Part shown: in pieces, positions 11,453 through 24,100 of the stretch | Layout: the number at the start of each line of letters is the position of its first letter | How positions within the stretch are numbered: position 1 is the stretch's first letter | Assembly (NCBI GenBank): GCA_963575745.1 | Contig: CAUYUJ010000216.1 | Span: forward strand, 1-64,000 | Length of the DNA: 64,000 nucleotides | Source of the DNA: Prorocentrum cordatum | Taxonomy: Eukaryota | Direction of reading: 5' to 3' | Program-made: the position numbers and the translations under genes | The notes under the pieces: generated by a model | What the model was told of the DNA's origin: nothing | Database searches by the model: none | The model's input: only the letters and a program-made list of their open reading frames with translations

Positions 11453-13003
11453 TGAAGCTGGCAGGTGAGGGCACAGCAGCCCTGCGAGAAGCACTCCCGG
11501 ACATGATGGCGTCGCCCAAAAAAAAATCAGGACGGGAAGTTCTTCGCTATTCTCGGCCCCTGCGGGGCCCTCGCTGTGCCTCGGGACCGTAAAAAAAACG
11601 AGGCAGGACGAAGAACCGGTCCCGGGGGAAAGAGTCGGGACTTCCAGGGACCCCGCACTGACAAAGTCAGGACGTCGCTCGTATGGGTTGGGAGAACGAT
11701 GCATGACATGAGCATGGAAACTCGGAGGTCCCTGCGGATTCCTCGGATCCGCGCTGGACCCCCCTGGCGCGGGCGCCAGCGCCGATCCGAGAGATCCGCG
11801 CGGACCTCAGAGTTTTTCATGTCTACGTCGTTCCTCGTTCTCCTAAGTGTGCTGCTGCGTCTGCTTCTGGCTCCGCATCTCGGGCCGGGCGAAAGGGGGG
11901 GATTGGGAAAGGGGGGGGGTCGAAATCTGCTGCATGCAGCTGGTTTCGGCCTCACCGAGGCGTCCATTCCTCGATACATGGACGCCTCCCGGCGCCGGGA
12001 GGCGCCGGGAAAATCAGCTACGTGAGCTGATTCTCAAACCCCCCCCTTTGCTATCCCCCCCCTTTCGCCCGACCCGAGCATCCGGCATGGGGTCGTCCAG
12101 CGGCGCCCCATGAGGATCGTACGAAGGCAAGGCAGGGGAGAGAGGCCACGCTCACAACCAAGCCATCGACGTCAGTCGGCCCAGCTCTGCCTCGCGACAG
12201 CAATCCATCAATCCCATCGACATCAAGCCATCAATCCTGTGGCCCAGCTCTGCCTCGCAGCATGTGGTCCCGAGAGGTGTCCGCACAGGATATCGCGCGC
12301 GTCGAGAGGGGGGGGGGGAGGAGGGAGTGCTACGGGGCGGGGCGGGGGTCAGGGGAGAGGGGGGTGCGGGATGGCAGGCATGGAGGGAAGGAAGGAAGAT
12401 AAGGAGGAGGGGATGGAGGGAGGGAGGGAGGGAGGGAGGGAGGGAGGAGGGAGGGATAGAGAGGGAGGGAGGAGGGAGGAGGAGGAGGAGGAGGAAGCCA
12501 GGGAGTACGTAGGAGGAGTAGGAAGAGGAGGAGGACCACGACAATGATGGCGATGACAATGGTGCGAAGGGAATGCGAGTGACAAGAAGGAGCATTTCGT
12601 TAGGGGAGCTATGAACGGCACAGAGGAGCAGGGGAGGAGGCACATCATGCTGCCATCTTGCCTCTCACCCGCTCTTTTTCCATTTGAGCCTATTGTATTC
12701 CTTGTGTGCCGTCTTCCCTCTCGAGTTTTCACCTCCTGCCTGTGACCACCTCCTCCTCTTCCTCCACCTCCTCCTCCTCCTCCTCCTGCTCCTCCATATT
12801 AGCCCTCCCCCTTCTCCCTTCTCCACCTCCTTCCGTATCCACATCCTCCGTCGTCCTCCTCCATCCTCTGCCTCCATCATCTAAGTAGTCGTCTTCCTCC
12901 TCCTGCTCCTCCTCCTCCTGCTCCTCCTCCTCCTCCTCCTTCTCTTCCTCCGTCTCCTCCTCCTCCTCCTCTTCTTCCGCGCGCTGTGCCACGCCGTTCA
13001 AGT

Positions 13004-14012
13004 AATTCTTCACGCTTCGCGTATCCCCACCAGCCCATCTCAAAACAGCAACTGTAGCGAAGCATGCCGACAGTCGTGTTTTTCAGGCGTGTTTCCGCCT
13101 GCCCCCGCATATCTCCCCTGTTCCTCCTTCCTCCCGCCTCCTTGTACATCCTCCTTGTGGTGGGAGCGGGAGAAGGACGAGGCGGAGGAGGAGGGAGAGA
13201 AAGCGCTCCTCGTGGTTTGAGTCGTTTGGGGTTTCTCGTCCTGGTGTGAGTCGTTCGGGCCCTTCTTCCTGGTGTGAGTCGTTCGGGCTCTTCGTGGTGT
13301 GAGTCGTTCGGGCTCTTCGTCCTGGTGTGAGTCGTTCGGGCTTCTCGTGGTGTGAGTTGTTCGGGCCCCTCGTCCTGGTGTGAGTCGTTCGGGCCCCTCC
13401 TCCTGCCCGTCCAGAAACGACGCCCAGGCGAGTAGAGGGTCGTCCTGATGGGCTTTTCGGCGTCTTGGGTGCCTCGGGGGGGCCTCTTTGGGCCGTTTGG
13501 GATCCTCTTGGGGGCCTCCTGGGGGCCTCTTGGGGCCATCTTGGGGCCTCTTGGTGCCTCCTGGGCGCTTCTTGGGGCCATCTTGGAGGAAATCGATCAA
13601 AGAAGAGGGGAGCTTTAATTAGCGCTGCCCCCTCAGAAGGCCAAAATGGGGCCAAAGCCTTAGTAAAAACAATGATTTTGCCTTGAAAGAAGAGGGGAGC
13701 TTTAATTAGCGCTGCCCCCTCAGAAGGCCAAAATGTGGCCAACACCGTAGTAAAATCAATGATTTTGGCTTCAAAGAAGAGGGGAACACTTTTCTCCCTC
13801 CCCCCGTCGGGGCCAGAATCCTCGTGAGGGGTGTCGTTTTTTTAGCACTCCCAGGAGTCGAAAAAGACCCCTCTGACCACCCGCGGGGCGCCCTCTCCAG
13901 GCCCAGGGGGAGGGGGTAGGGGGAGGGGTAAACCCCTCCCCGAAGGGGAAGAAGGGGGTTGAGAACAGAGCGGGCTCTCTAAACCACTCACGCCCAAAGG
14001 GCTGGTGGGATT
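13004..14012 (-). mobile_element. Helentron/Helitron2-like non-autonomous element, family 1, copy 1
   Basis: Asymmetric inverted repeats ATCCCCACCAGCCC (13023) and GGGCTGGTGGGATT (13999), hairpin ACGC-TTC-GCGT (13012-13022), internal GGTGTGAGTCGTTCGGGC minisatellite. Second copy at 52584-53820. Confidence 0.7.
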
Positions 14013-14342
14013 ACGCGCGAACATTGACAGCATGCTCGACGAACCCGATCATGCCGCGGTGGGGATTCCGCCGCACGGCCCGCGACAGCAATCGTTCGCA
14101 GGTCTCGCAGCCCTCTTGGCGTACCCCAGAGGGCCGCTGTTGGCGAGCTAGAACACCAGCGATGCGCGCGCGTTCTGCGCCGCCTGCTGCGCGGGCGCCG
14201 AACCTCCCTCTCGTCCTCGGCCCTCCTCGGCGGCGGCGGCGCGCGGCCCTCAGCCCACGCAGCAGCCGCACCACCACCATCACCACCACTGGCACCTGGC
14301 GCAGCCTCACAGGCCCGCGGCCGGGGAGGGTGGGGACTGTGG

Positions 14343-14490
14343 TAAGTCGGGCCTGTCCATCTACAGGAGGAATATTCAGAAATCGTAAAAATAGTCAGGG
14401 GACGATTTGTTGACTATGTTTGCCCATTTGGGGGGGGGGGCATTTGTTGCATTTTTTGGGGGCCCACTAAAGGGGGACACGCCCGACTTA
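14343..14490. mobile_element. 148-bp MITE-like element, same TIR family as 10338-11452
   Basis: TAAGTCGGGCCTGTCC ... GGACACGCCCGACTTA form a 15/16 inverted match. Confidence 0.65.
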
Positions 14491-15127
14491 AGGTCTGTGG
14501 GGGGGGGGCAAGAGAGGGAGATTCGGATTCGGATTCGGAACTCGGAACGGTTGCGAAGCAGTGTCCAGCACCTGCATCCTGGGGGGAAGGTGCCTCTCGA
14601 GGACGAGGGCGAGGACGAGAACAAGCGGCCAGGCGCAATGCGATTGCATCCCCCCGCAGTGCGCCAGGTCGCGAGGCCAATGAGGAGATCGATGGGGCGA
14701 GATCAAAAGTGAGATCGATAGCGAGAACAATCGCGAGGTGACATTTCGAGGCAACATCGTCATCCACGGTCGTCGCCAGTTCAATGGGGACATCGCCAGC
14801 GCCGTCAGAACCACGGCCATCGCAGTTCTCGTTTGTGTGTTCTTTCCTGCCCCCAACCTCCAAATCACCTAAGGGGTGGCCGCGTAGGCATCATATAGCT
14901 GCCGACCCAGTGCTTGGCCCCAGGGCGGCCATTTTCGTCAAAGCCCCCCCCCCTCCACGTAGCCCAGTTTGGGTCTCAGGGCCACTGGGCCAATGGTAGG
15001 CCCCATGGAGCGCCCGTGGGCATTGATCGGTCTGTTCGATGCGGCATGAGGGCGCGTCGGATTGTCCTAGAGGCTTCCAAGACGCCGTTGGGTGTCTCCA
15101 AGACACCCCAAGGTCACTTCAGACTAC

Positions 15128-15149
15128 CCGTAGCCATGTTTGGCTCAAG
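15128..15149 (+). other. Second DinoSL relic
   Basis: CCGTAGCCATGTTTGGCTCAAG is the canonical SL core with one inserted G. Confidence 0.85.
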
Positions 15150-15532
15150 TTGTTATTTTCACATTCGTTCGAGTTGTGATGTTTGATTGCTCACCTAAAC
15201 TGGGAAGCGTGGCCTCGGAGAGGAAGTGCATTCTGCAACCTGCCTTTCGGAACATGCAACGCAGTCAGGGCATTGCGATCAGGTGCGCGTTTTTTTTTCC
15301 CTCGGCGCTAGGTCGTTTAGCGTGCGCTCCCAGTGCCCTCGCAATGGTTTCTCAGCACGTGCAGTTTGTATGTGTCTACGGTAGCGGTTCCTAAGCCAAG
15401 CTGCGCACTTACCAGTGGCCTTCTTCAGCGCGGCCCCCCTTGCCAGGGTCGCACGAATGAAATCACACCAGCTTCATGCCAACCTTCGAATCATTCCGTA
15501 GGTGTGTGGCTGTGCTATGCAAGGGCCCTCGG

Positions 15533-16651
15533 ATACCTATACTACCACCCTTCGGGTGATAAGGAGGTGAGGGGGGGAGGGGGAACCAACGTCTCACTCA
15601 ATCGATCTCGCTATCGGTCCCACTCTCGATCTCGCTATCGATCTCACTCGACCAATTTCACTATCGATGTCACTATCGATATCACTGTCAAACTCACAAT
15701 CGATCTCATCATCGATCTGGTTCGATCGATCTCACCATCGATCTCACCATCGATTCCACAATCGATCTCACATTCGGTCTCACTATCGATGTCACTATCG
15801 ATCTCACTATCGATCTCACAATCGATTTCACATTCGGTCTCACAATCGATATCACTATCGATCTCACAAACGGTTCTTTGGCCTAGGCTCGATCTGGCCT
15901 TCGGCTTGATTTCGATACGATGTTCGTTCTTCCCACCCGCGCTGTCCTCGGAGTGCCCTCCGAAGTTTGTGAATCTTGTGTTCCACGATTCTGTTTTGCT
16001 AGTAGTTGCTTCCAGTGCGTTGCATCGCATTGTGTGGGCATTTTGGCGGCCAGGTGGCTGTCCTGCGAGCGTGGCCGAAATTATCTTGGGGCCTCGTTCG
16101 CGCGCATTTGCTTCCAGTGTGTTGCATCGTTGTTTGCTGCGAGTATTTGCTTCCAGCGTGTTGCATCGCATTGTGATGGCGTTTTGGCGGCCCTCAAGGA
16201 GGCTGTCCTGCGAGCGTGGCCGTAATTGGGGCCTCGATTCTCCGGTCGGTCGGCCGCGGGGCTTTCCCAGAAACTCGATCCTCCGGCCGGTCGGCCGCGG
16301 GGCCTTGCTTGTAATTCGATCCTCTGGCTGGTCGGCCGCAGGGCTTTCTCATAAGTTCGATACATTCACAGCGCATTGCATGCAGCCCCCCTGGCCCCCC
16401 TGATCTCATATTCGATCTCACAATCGATCTCACAATCGATATCACAATCGATATCACAATCGACATCACATTGGATCCCACCGTCGGTCTCACTATCGAT
16501 CTCACTGTCGATTTCACTATCGATAGAGTGAATTCTTCTCGCCCGCCCACGCAGCTTCGCCTCGCCCGCACGCACGACACGAACACGAAACCGAAACCGA
16601 TTTCCCGGTGGGGGGCTCTCCGTTCCATGTCGATCTCACCCCCTCACCTCC
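15533..16651 (-). mobile_element. Helentron/Helitron2-like non-autonomous element, family 2, copy 1
   Basis: Hairpin CACCC-TTC-GGGTG (15546-15558), inverted repeats GGAGGTGAGGGG (15563) and CCCCTCACCTCC (16640), internal 12-bp ATCGATCTCACW tandem arrays. Second copy at 24622-25691. Confidence 0.7.
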
Positions 16652-19600
16652 GACGCATGTGCTGCGGAAGGCGTCTTGGCATTGTTTGTGTTTCGCTTCT
16701 TGGCAGTCTGGCCTGTTTACGTGCATTTGATTTGGCGGTGTTTCGCTGCATCTTCCTCTACAGAGTCCATCGGATGCGTCACGCGAAAAATTTATGTTTA
16801 TTCGGTGCACTGGACGCGCCACGCATTGTACGAGTCGCGGCGCTGCGTCGTGTTCTTTCATTCGGTGTCAGAGAGGGCAACCCAGATCTGGGCTCCGACC
16901 TTCTTGTCCAAACCTATGCTTCATTGGCATGCTGCGGGGCGATCGCGCATGCGCCAACATTCAGTTGACGGAAGTTTCGGGTTACAGTGGCGTTACATAG
17001 AAAACAAGCAGTTTCTGTTTCCTGCCATGGCCGTTTCGCTTCCTCGTGGCATCACGCACGGAAGGCCACGATGCCCATCGTGCTGTTCGCAGGGGTCGTA
17101 GTCTCCGCTGCTGCTACCCGTCAAGGCCTTGAGAAAACAGCGTCCGAGACATCGAAGGGGATGCAGCTTAGGTCACTATATGGGTATCCAGTGCCTTCGA
17201 ATGTTTCTTTCCAGCGCGCGTGTTCGTGACAGCATTTGTTCATTTACATCATCGCATGTGTTTGTCTTTGTCCACGACGGTATTACGGCAGTCCTTTCTC
17301 CCAGAGGCAGCCTGGGATATTTGGGGTGGGCCCGATGCGATCACCGAGAAGGTGAGCAACCCACTCCAGCCTGGCGGGCCCGATGCGATCACAAGAGTGA
17401 ACATCCCGCCAGGGCGCGGCAGGCCCGATGCGGTCACAGTAAATGAGCCTCCTGCCGCGCGGCTGTCGTTTTAGGGTTGCGAGAGAAAGGAGGCAAGGAG
17501 GGCAGGCAAAAGGATGGAGGAGGAACAGTGAAGCATGCTGTTCGTGGGAGCACTTTTGGAACCCGACTTGCCCCCTTCGGTTTTCTTGAAAAGCGCAGAC
17601 TGCGTTCAAGAGGGGTTGCGATCGCCTGGTGGGGAGCACATTTCTTCTCAAATGCAACCGTCGATCTTCCCTCCTCTCCCTCTCCCGGGGCACTATGCGC
17701 GCCCTGCCCCACGCACCTGGTGAAGAAACATCGGCGCTCAATGCAACTTCTTTGTTTGGAGTACGGGTCGCATGCGCCCCTGGGTCATGTACCCCGTGGA
17801 GAGCGTATAGCCCCAACAAGGATCCGTTCCTACTTCCGTGCGGCCCGTTCGGGCCATTGTGAAGTGTTGGCTAGAATTGCAGGGGGTCCTCGACAGCGCC
17901 CCGAGGTAGCCCCAGGCGTTCCAAGGCGCCCGAGATCTTCCAGAGGGGCTCCATGACCATGGATGGGGGCCCATAGATAAACCCAACTTACCAAACACAG
18001 TCGCTCCAACGAGGTGATCCGACTGTCAGGATGTGGCGGCCTTTAGGCGGGCATCGCCGCGGTCTTGGAGCTGCCTTGGAGCTGTCTTGGCGCGATTGTT
18101 GGGAGGTTTGGGCCTTCTGGCTATCGACCAGAGGATTTGTTAACTCAAGTGTTGCAGGCGGTCTGGACCCCAGGTTTACCGACCAGGGGATTTATTAACA
18201 TCATGTTTCCGATTCCCGCCCAGCGCGGTCGGGAACCGAAATTCGTTGGGGTAGAATCAGTGATCCTCCTGCGTGTGGGACCCCTGGTGGCCGCGGGCCT
18301 CGGCGCGTGGGCGTGAAGTTTCTTGCGCCTCGCCTGCCTCGCCGTGCCGCCTGGGGCCGTGCAAGCATGTTTGGCGCGTCGCCCATCGAATGTTTGCATG
18401 TTTGTATAGATTCCAGCGCTTCGCGCTGATGCCCCTTGACGGGGGTCCTGAGCTGACGGGCCGAGCAGTGCCTCGGGGCCGATGCGCCCTGGAAGCAGCC
18501 TCCTGCGGCTCGTCTGAGCTCTAGGGGCCCCTTGCGGCCCGCCCCCTGTCTTGGGACGGCCCCTTTGGGCTAGGGCCTCTCAGTGGGGCCTGGGCCCTCT
18601 TTGTGGGCTCCCTTTTATAGCCTTTTTATAGGCCCGCGTTACACGTTACACCATGTTTTCGATTCCAACCGCATCTAATGTGCTTGGGTTGTGGTCTGAT
18701 GCTGAACCGTCCCAAGGAGGCCCATTTGGGGCCCTCTTGGCGCGAGCTTCTTTGGTAACGCCTCCAAGCACGTCGGATAGCTACAAAAGCGTCCCCTGCA
18801 GGCCTCCAAAGAAGGTTCTTTGTGGACCAATAGCTATGCAGGAGAAAATAATTCGCACCCAAAATCTGCGCGTCAAGGGCCCGCGATAAGAATTCAATTC
18901 GATGTTGATTGTCTGCAAGACCTTGCACCGAAACGGTACACTGTAACTCCAATGTGGTGTGTCACGGAATATACCCGCTGCGTGCCCCAAAGCGTTCGGC
19001 ACGGCAAGCAACATGTATGCATCGCGTGACGTGGATGTTGTTTTCTTGGGCAAGGGCGGGACCCGCGTGGTCTTGATGTTATTGCGGCTTGACATGCACA
19101 TTGGTATGAACATGTGCAACATTGTGTTGTCTCTGACAGCCTATCCGTTAGCTGAATGGTGTGCGGCATGACGTCATGCTCGGCCCATCAGCTCCAGACT
19201 CGAGGCGTCTGGTTGGATTGTTTGCAATTGTTTCCACGGGGACAGGCCCTCTGTGGAGTTAAGCGAAGCATGCACGCATCGTCATCTGAAAGGGGGTTGA
19301 GATATGCACAAGTTGAAACAACTACGCGTTCTCGTTGGGCGGAATTTGGCCTACGCAGAGCTGGCCCCGCGCAGGGGCTCAAAGGCCCCATTGGGAATCC
19401 TAGGGGGTATATATGCAATGTCTGTCTTATACCTTATTTTTGCTGCGCCAGCGTAGCCGTCAGATGAGTGATGGCGGGCATGGCGACCTTCCCAGCCCAT
19501 GAACACAAGATTGGTCAAGTCCTTTTGAGCATTGGTTTCGATTGTGCCGCGAGCCATGGCGTACTCGCCAATAGACGTTTGGCTTCGAGATTCGAGTCTG

Positions 19601-22600
19601 GGGTGAAGACTCGGGTCGCCCATGGCTGCCGCCGCAGCCCCAACTTTGGTGCCGCATCGTGAACTAGGTTGCCTGCTTGTTCAGCCATCCCGTGCCGATG
19701 GGATCTCGTACTTGTTCCATCGACTCACAGGAGAGAGGGTAGCTCTTCCAGCTTCTGAGGAGGCGTGGGTGCTTTCCTTCAACGACGCTGGCTTCGGGCA
19801 CGTGGAGAACGGGGAAATTTCCATGTGGGCTCAGGAAAAGCTCAGAGAGGGCATCTACGACGTTCAAGGGTTGTTGAGCGTCGCGGCCGTTGGTGCGCAC
19901 CCGCAGCCTCTGGCTATCGCGAGAGAGGAGCACGCGGGCAAGAGGGTAATCCTCGCTTTCGGGATGCCCGAGGAGGAAAAGGAGTTCGCGCTACGTGTGT
20001 GCCAGCGCCCAGGATGCAGTGTGCTATGGTGGCGGTTCACAGATTTGTACGACAACTTGAATCTGAAACTCAATCAAGGTCAGAGTTACTCGTTGGCCGC
20101 CAAGCGGAGCGACACTTGGACGACGTTGCTCGGTATGATGGGGTTGCCCACGGAACATTTCAAGAAACCTGTTGCCCCAACAGGCGGGCCACAAAGCCAA
20201 CCAGTATCCAGACATTTCTGGGGGTCAACGCCGCTTTGGCTTGCATTCGTCGGCCGGTCGCGCACGGCATCTAAGTGCACTGGGGGCGCCAACGCAGACG
20301 ACCTTCGCCGCGCATGGGCGGCGCTGCTGAGCGGGGTGGCGCGTCGTCTGTCTCACAACGGCGCTCGCCACGACATCGAAGTGTTCGGTCGCCCCGAGCC
20401 GTGGCAGCCGCCAGCCCGCCTGTTCGGAGAATTCCGCGTTGTCTTGACCGTCGTTTCAGGCAAGGTGCAGTTGGCGGATCTTCGGCGGTCCCTTGCGCGG
20501 GCCTTGGTCCAGATCGGGGTCCACAACGGCGAGCTCGTAACAATGGTGAGGAACGATCTCGTTGGGGAGGAAATGCCTGCCACCGATTTCTTGATCATGA
20601 TTGCCAGCTTGAGGCAAACAAATCACAGTGGTTTTGGTCGCAGGTCTTCATCGGCTTCGGCCTGGCTCTCGAGGCGACGCTCTTTGCCGAAGTCGGTGCT
20701 TCTGCGGACGGGCAGGGTGCCCACGGGCCCAGCACGACGCATCTGGCCATGCGAGGGGGGAGTTATGCCGATCCCGCAGGGGAGAACGTGCTCAAATACT
20801 GGTGGGCTGTCCGATCCACCACTAGCCACACGCGTTGCCTGCGCGTCGCGTTCGACAAGACCTCTGTCGGGTCGAAGAGGCAGGTCGCCATCGCTGGCAC
20901 GCGCGGGCCAGTCGGCTTGCACTTCCCCCCCCAGGTTGCGCAGAGAAGGGCTTGGCCGATCAGACTTTGGGCGCCGCCGCCTTTCCTTATCTGCAATCCT
21001 GGGGCCCTCTGTTAACATTTTCATGTTCCTTAATAAACCCGTCTGCGTTGGGGATATACAAGTCCATGTGGGAAATATATCAAAATCTCGTCCTGTTTCC
21101 GGCGACGGTATCGAGGATGTGAGGGGCTCGTTTCTGCCACGTTGCTACATCCCCAAGTCCCCCCCGAACGTGGCCCCGCGGTGGCGGGCCAGAGGCTGGC
21201 GGGGAATCCTGCCAGGGACTGCCTCGTCTATTCGCCCTTCTCGCGCACAGGTTGCGCCAGACTTCGAGACGGAGTTCTCGGGCGCCATGGCGGCGGGGAA
21301 CGTCGACGCCGCCGTGAAGCTGACGGGGGGCTGGAGGCAGAAGGCCCGCGATTTCCTCCAGGGCCGCAAAAGGAAAAAGTCACTCGATGCCGGGCCCGAG
21401 AAGAAGCGTCGAGGTGCTTCCAGCTTGGGCCTCGCTTTGGACAACAGCCTGCGGGCGGCCACTGGCGAAGGCTTGTCATTCTTTAAACTGCCGCGCGACC
21501 AGAATGGCGACTTCACAGGTGACCCATTGGCATGGCCACGATTGGGCTTGGCAGCTGACCAGGGTTCGGATGGGGTCGCGCTGGTCAACGCTCTCAAGTA
21601 CTTGCCGTTGCTTCAGATCAATTGCGCAGAGTTCTGGGACATGTCCCACGGGGCTTGGAATGACTTCCGAGCCACCCTGAAGGAACATAAGTTGTGGGGG
21701 TGGTTCCTCATCTCGTGCGTGGCCTTCAACGCATTCCACGGGCCTTGGGCTGAGTGCCGCTTCTTCGAGGAGATGAAGGAGTCGGCGGTGCAGTATTTGA
21801 AGAGCTTGCGTGTTGCGGGTGATGATTGCCCTCTATTGTCCGCGCTCCTGGAAGACGCCCTGAGGGATTCCAGGGAACTCGACCGCCTCGGCGAGGAGGA
21901 CATCAGCAGCACCATATCCCAGGAGATGTCGTCGGGTCGAATTGTGCCCCCTCGTCTCCAGCAGGGGCGTTGTTTTTCCATGAAGGCGCAGTGAGGCAAC
22001 CCGAGGCAACCCAGGGCAATGCAAGTAGGAGGCGTGCGCCTGCAGGCGGCCCGAGGCAAGGTTAGGTCAGGCAAACCAGCGCAACCCATCGCTGCGAATT
22101 GCCCTCCATGCAGGGGGGTATCGCTGCGCGATCGGTGGCAATCTAGATCGCATCAGGAGCTCGATGACGCCAAGTGCTACAGACGCAGGGGCACGAAGGT
22201 GAGTTTGAACTGATTCTTCGGGCCGCTCACGAAATACAGACAGGATGTCAAGCCGAATTGGCACCGCTTACTTCTAGTACCCAGGTGCCTTCGGCAGGAC
22301 GGGCGCCGCGTCGCTATGCGGGCGGGTCGCTCTCACCGATGGCCCCGACGAGCACGCGCCGCGCTCGTCCGGGCACCGTCTGGGACTCGTCCCGCGGGGC
22401 CTCTCCCCCAAGGTTCGACTGGGGGTGTCCCCTGGGGGCGTTCTGGGATGGGGTCTTATCCGCGTATGCTAGTTAATGACGTTGCGCCGCGGCGTTGCTG
22501 CCATTGTGTTCTTAGGGGTTCCTCAGTTGCCGATGATACTTGCGAAGGGCCCTTGGGAGCGCCACGCGGTGACCTCAGGCGGCCCGAGCGCTCTCAGACG

Positions 22601-23142
22601 TTCCGCGGGAGCCCCGCGACCGTAGATGCGTCGCGTTGCCCGCCCAAAACAACGCAGCCCATCAACAAAACAGTAGACCGAATGAAATGCGGCGACTATC
22701 AGGAGTTATCCGCTTTTGGGCGGGGATCGCCGTGGTCGTCGTGACCGCGCCAGCCGCAACAAAACATAAACGAGACCTCAGGGCGGCGCAAACCAAACAA
22801 GTCCGCAAACGGAGCGCCCTATCCAACAGAAAACGATAGAACCACCCAGATCGATATAGCTAAATTATGCGTTCGGGTGGTGAATTTTAGTTATGCCGTG
22901 TTCTGCAAATTCTGTGTTCTCTCTCATGCGAAACAGCCCGCTTCAGGGACTGATGCCGACAGCGCCGCGTTGAATTGGGGGGTTCCCAAGAGGGCTTTGC
23001 CGCGCTTCCCATTTCTTCCAGACACTCCCCAGGTCCCCTCTACTCCTCCGAACTCTCCCCTGCCCTTCGCCTCCGCAAGCTCAGTAACCCCCACGGCCCC
23101 CAGCGCTGTCCAGGAACTCTGCCGAAGACAAAAAACGTCGCA

Positions 23143-23532
23143 AGGAGCGTTACTGACGCAAAAAAGGGTCCCGCTCTGAGTGGCGCTACTGACGCAAAAA
23201 GGGCCCCATCTCAAGGGGCGTTACTGACGCAAAAAAGGGCACCGTTTCATGGAGCGTTGCTCCCGCAAACAATGGCCCGGTCTCAAGGAGCGTTACTGAC
23301 GAAAAAAAGATCTCCGTCTTATGGAGCGTTACTGACACAAAAAGGGTCCCGTCTCATGGAGCGCTACTGACGTAAAAGAGAGTCCCCTCTTATGGAGCGT
23401 TGCTGACGCAAAAAAAGGCCCCGTTTTATGGAGCGTTACTGACGCAAAAATGGGCCTCCGTTTTATGGGACGTTACTGACGCAAAAAAAGGGTCCCGTCT
23501 CAAGGCGCGCTACTGTTGCACAACAGGGTCCC
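23143..23532 (+). repeat. ~30-bp minisatellite GGAGCGTTACTGACGCAAAAAAGGGYCCCGTYTYA, about 12-13 copies
   Basis: Seen directly; translates as GALLTQK repeats. Confidence 0.9.
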
Positions 23533-23766
23533 GCGTGATTGTTGTGGCGACTTGTATTCCGAACCGTGCTGTCCGAACTGCCCGAAGGTCAGTGGTGTCT
23601 GTGATCCCGAACTGTGCGAAACTCAGTGCCACCCCCCGTGGAACCCTTGTAGACTGGCCCAGGGCACCCCCAGCCCTTGTGGGAGCCCGCCGCGCCCCGA
23701 CATAATCGCTGCCACGCTGCCAGTGGTACTACTCTGGCGGCCGCTTTTCATCGCGGACCGTTGTTT

Positions 23767-24100
23767 CTAGCAACCGCAGCTTTGGGCTGAAGACACGGAG
23801 GGAACACTTTTGAGAATTTTGGCGCTATTGCGTTGTTTATCAAAAGTGTTCCTGCGCAGTTGTAAGACAAGTCGGAAGGGGGCTTCGAGGGCCTGCCGCT
23901 GCATTTCATCGTGGTTCTGGCTGCTACTAACAACGCAGCCTTGGGCTGAAAACAAGGAGGGAACACTTTTGATAATTTCGGCGCTATTTCATTTTTTCTC
24001 AAAAGTGTTCCCTCGCAGTCGTAAGACCATTCGGAGGGGACTTCGAGGGCCTGGTCGCTGTTTTTCATCACAGATCTTGGTGCTTCTAGCAAAGCAGCTT
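23767..24100. repeat. Two tandem ~160-bp units, each with an internal inverted repeat
   Basis: GGAACACTTTTGA ... TCAAAAGTGTTCC at ~23801-23852 and ~23960-24011. Confidence 0.8.

Noticed and set aside
14928..14943. Further SL-like strings (GCCATTTTCGTCAAAG; also CTTGAGCCA at ~28388)
   Set aside because: Too short or too mismatched to distinguish from chance.
15333..16403. 356-aa ORF and its paralogue at 24656-25456
   Set aside because: Translation of 12-bp and ~65-bp tandem repeats in a non-autonomous element; no domain signal.
18626..19623. Divergent decayed minus-strand gene (Ulp1-like HW motif) or a plus-strand kinase G-loop (FLGKGGTRVV)
   Set aside because: Only isolated motifs; no QxNxxDCG, VAxK, HRD or DFG support in any frame.
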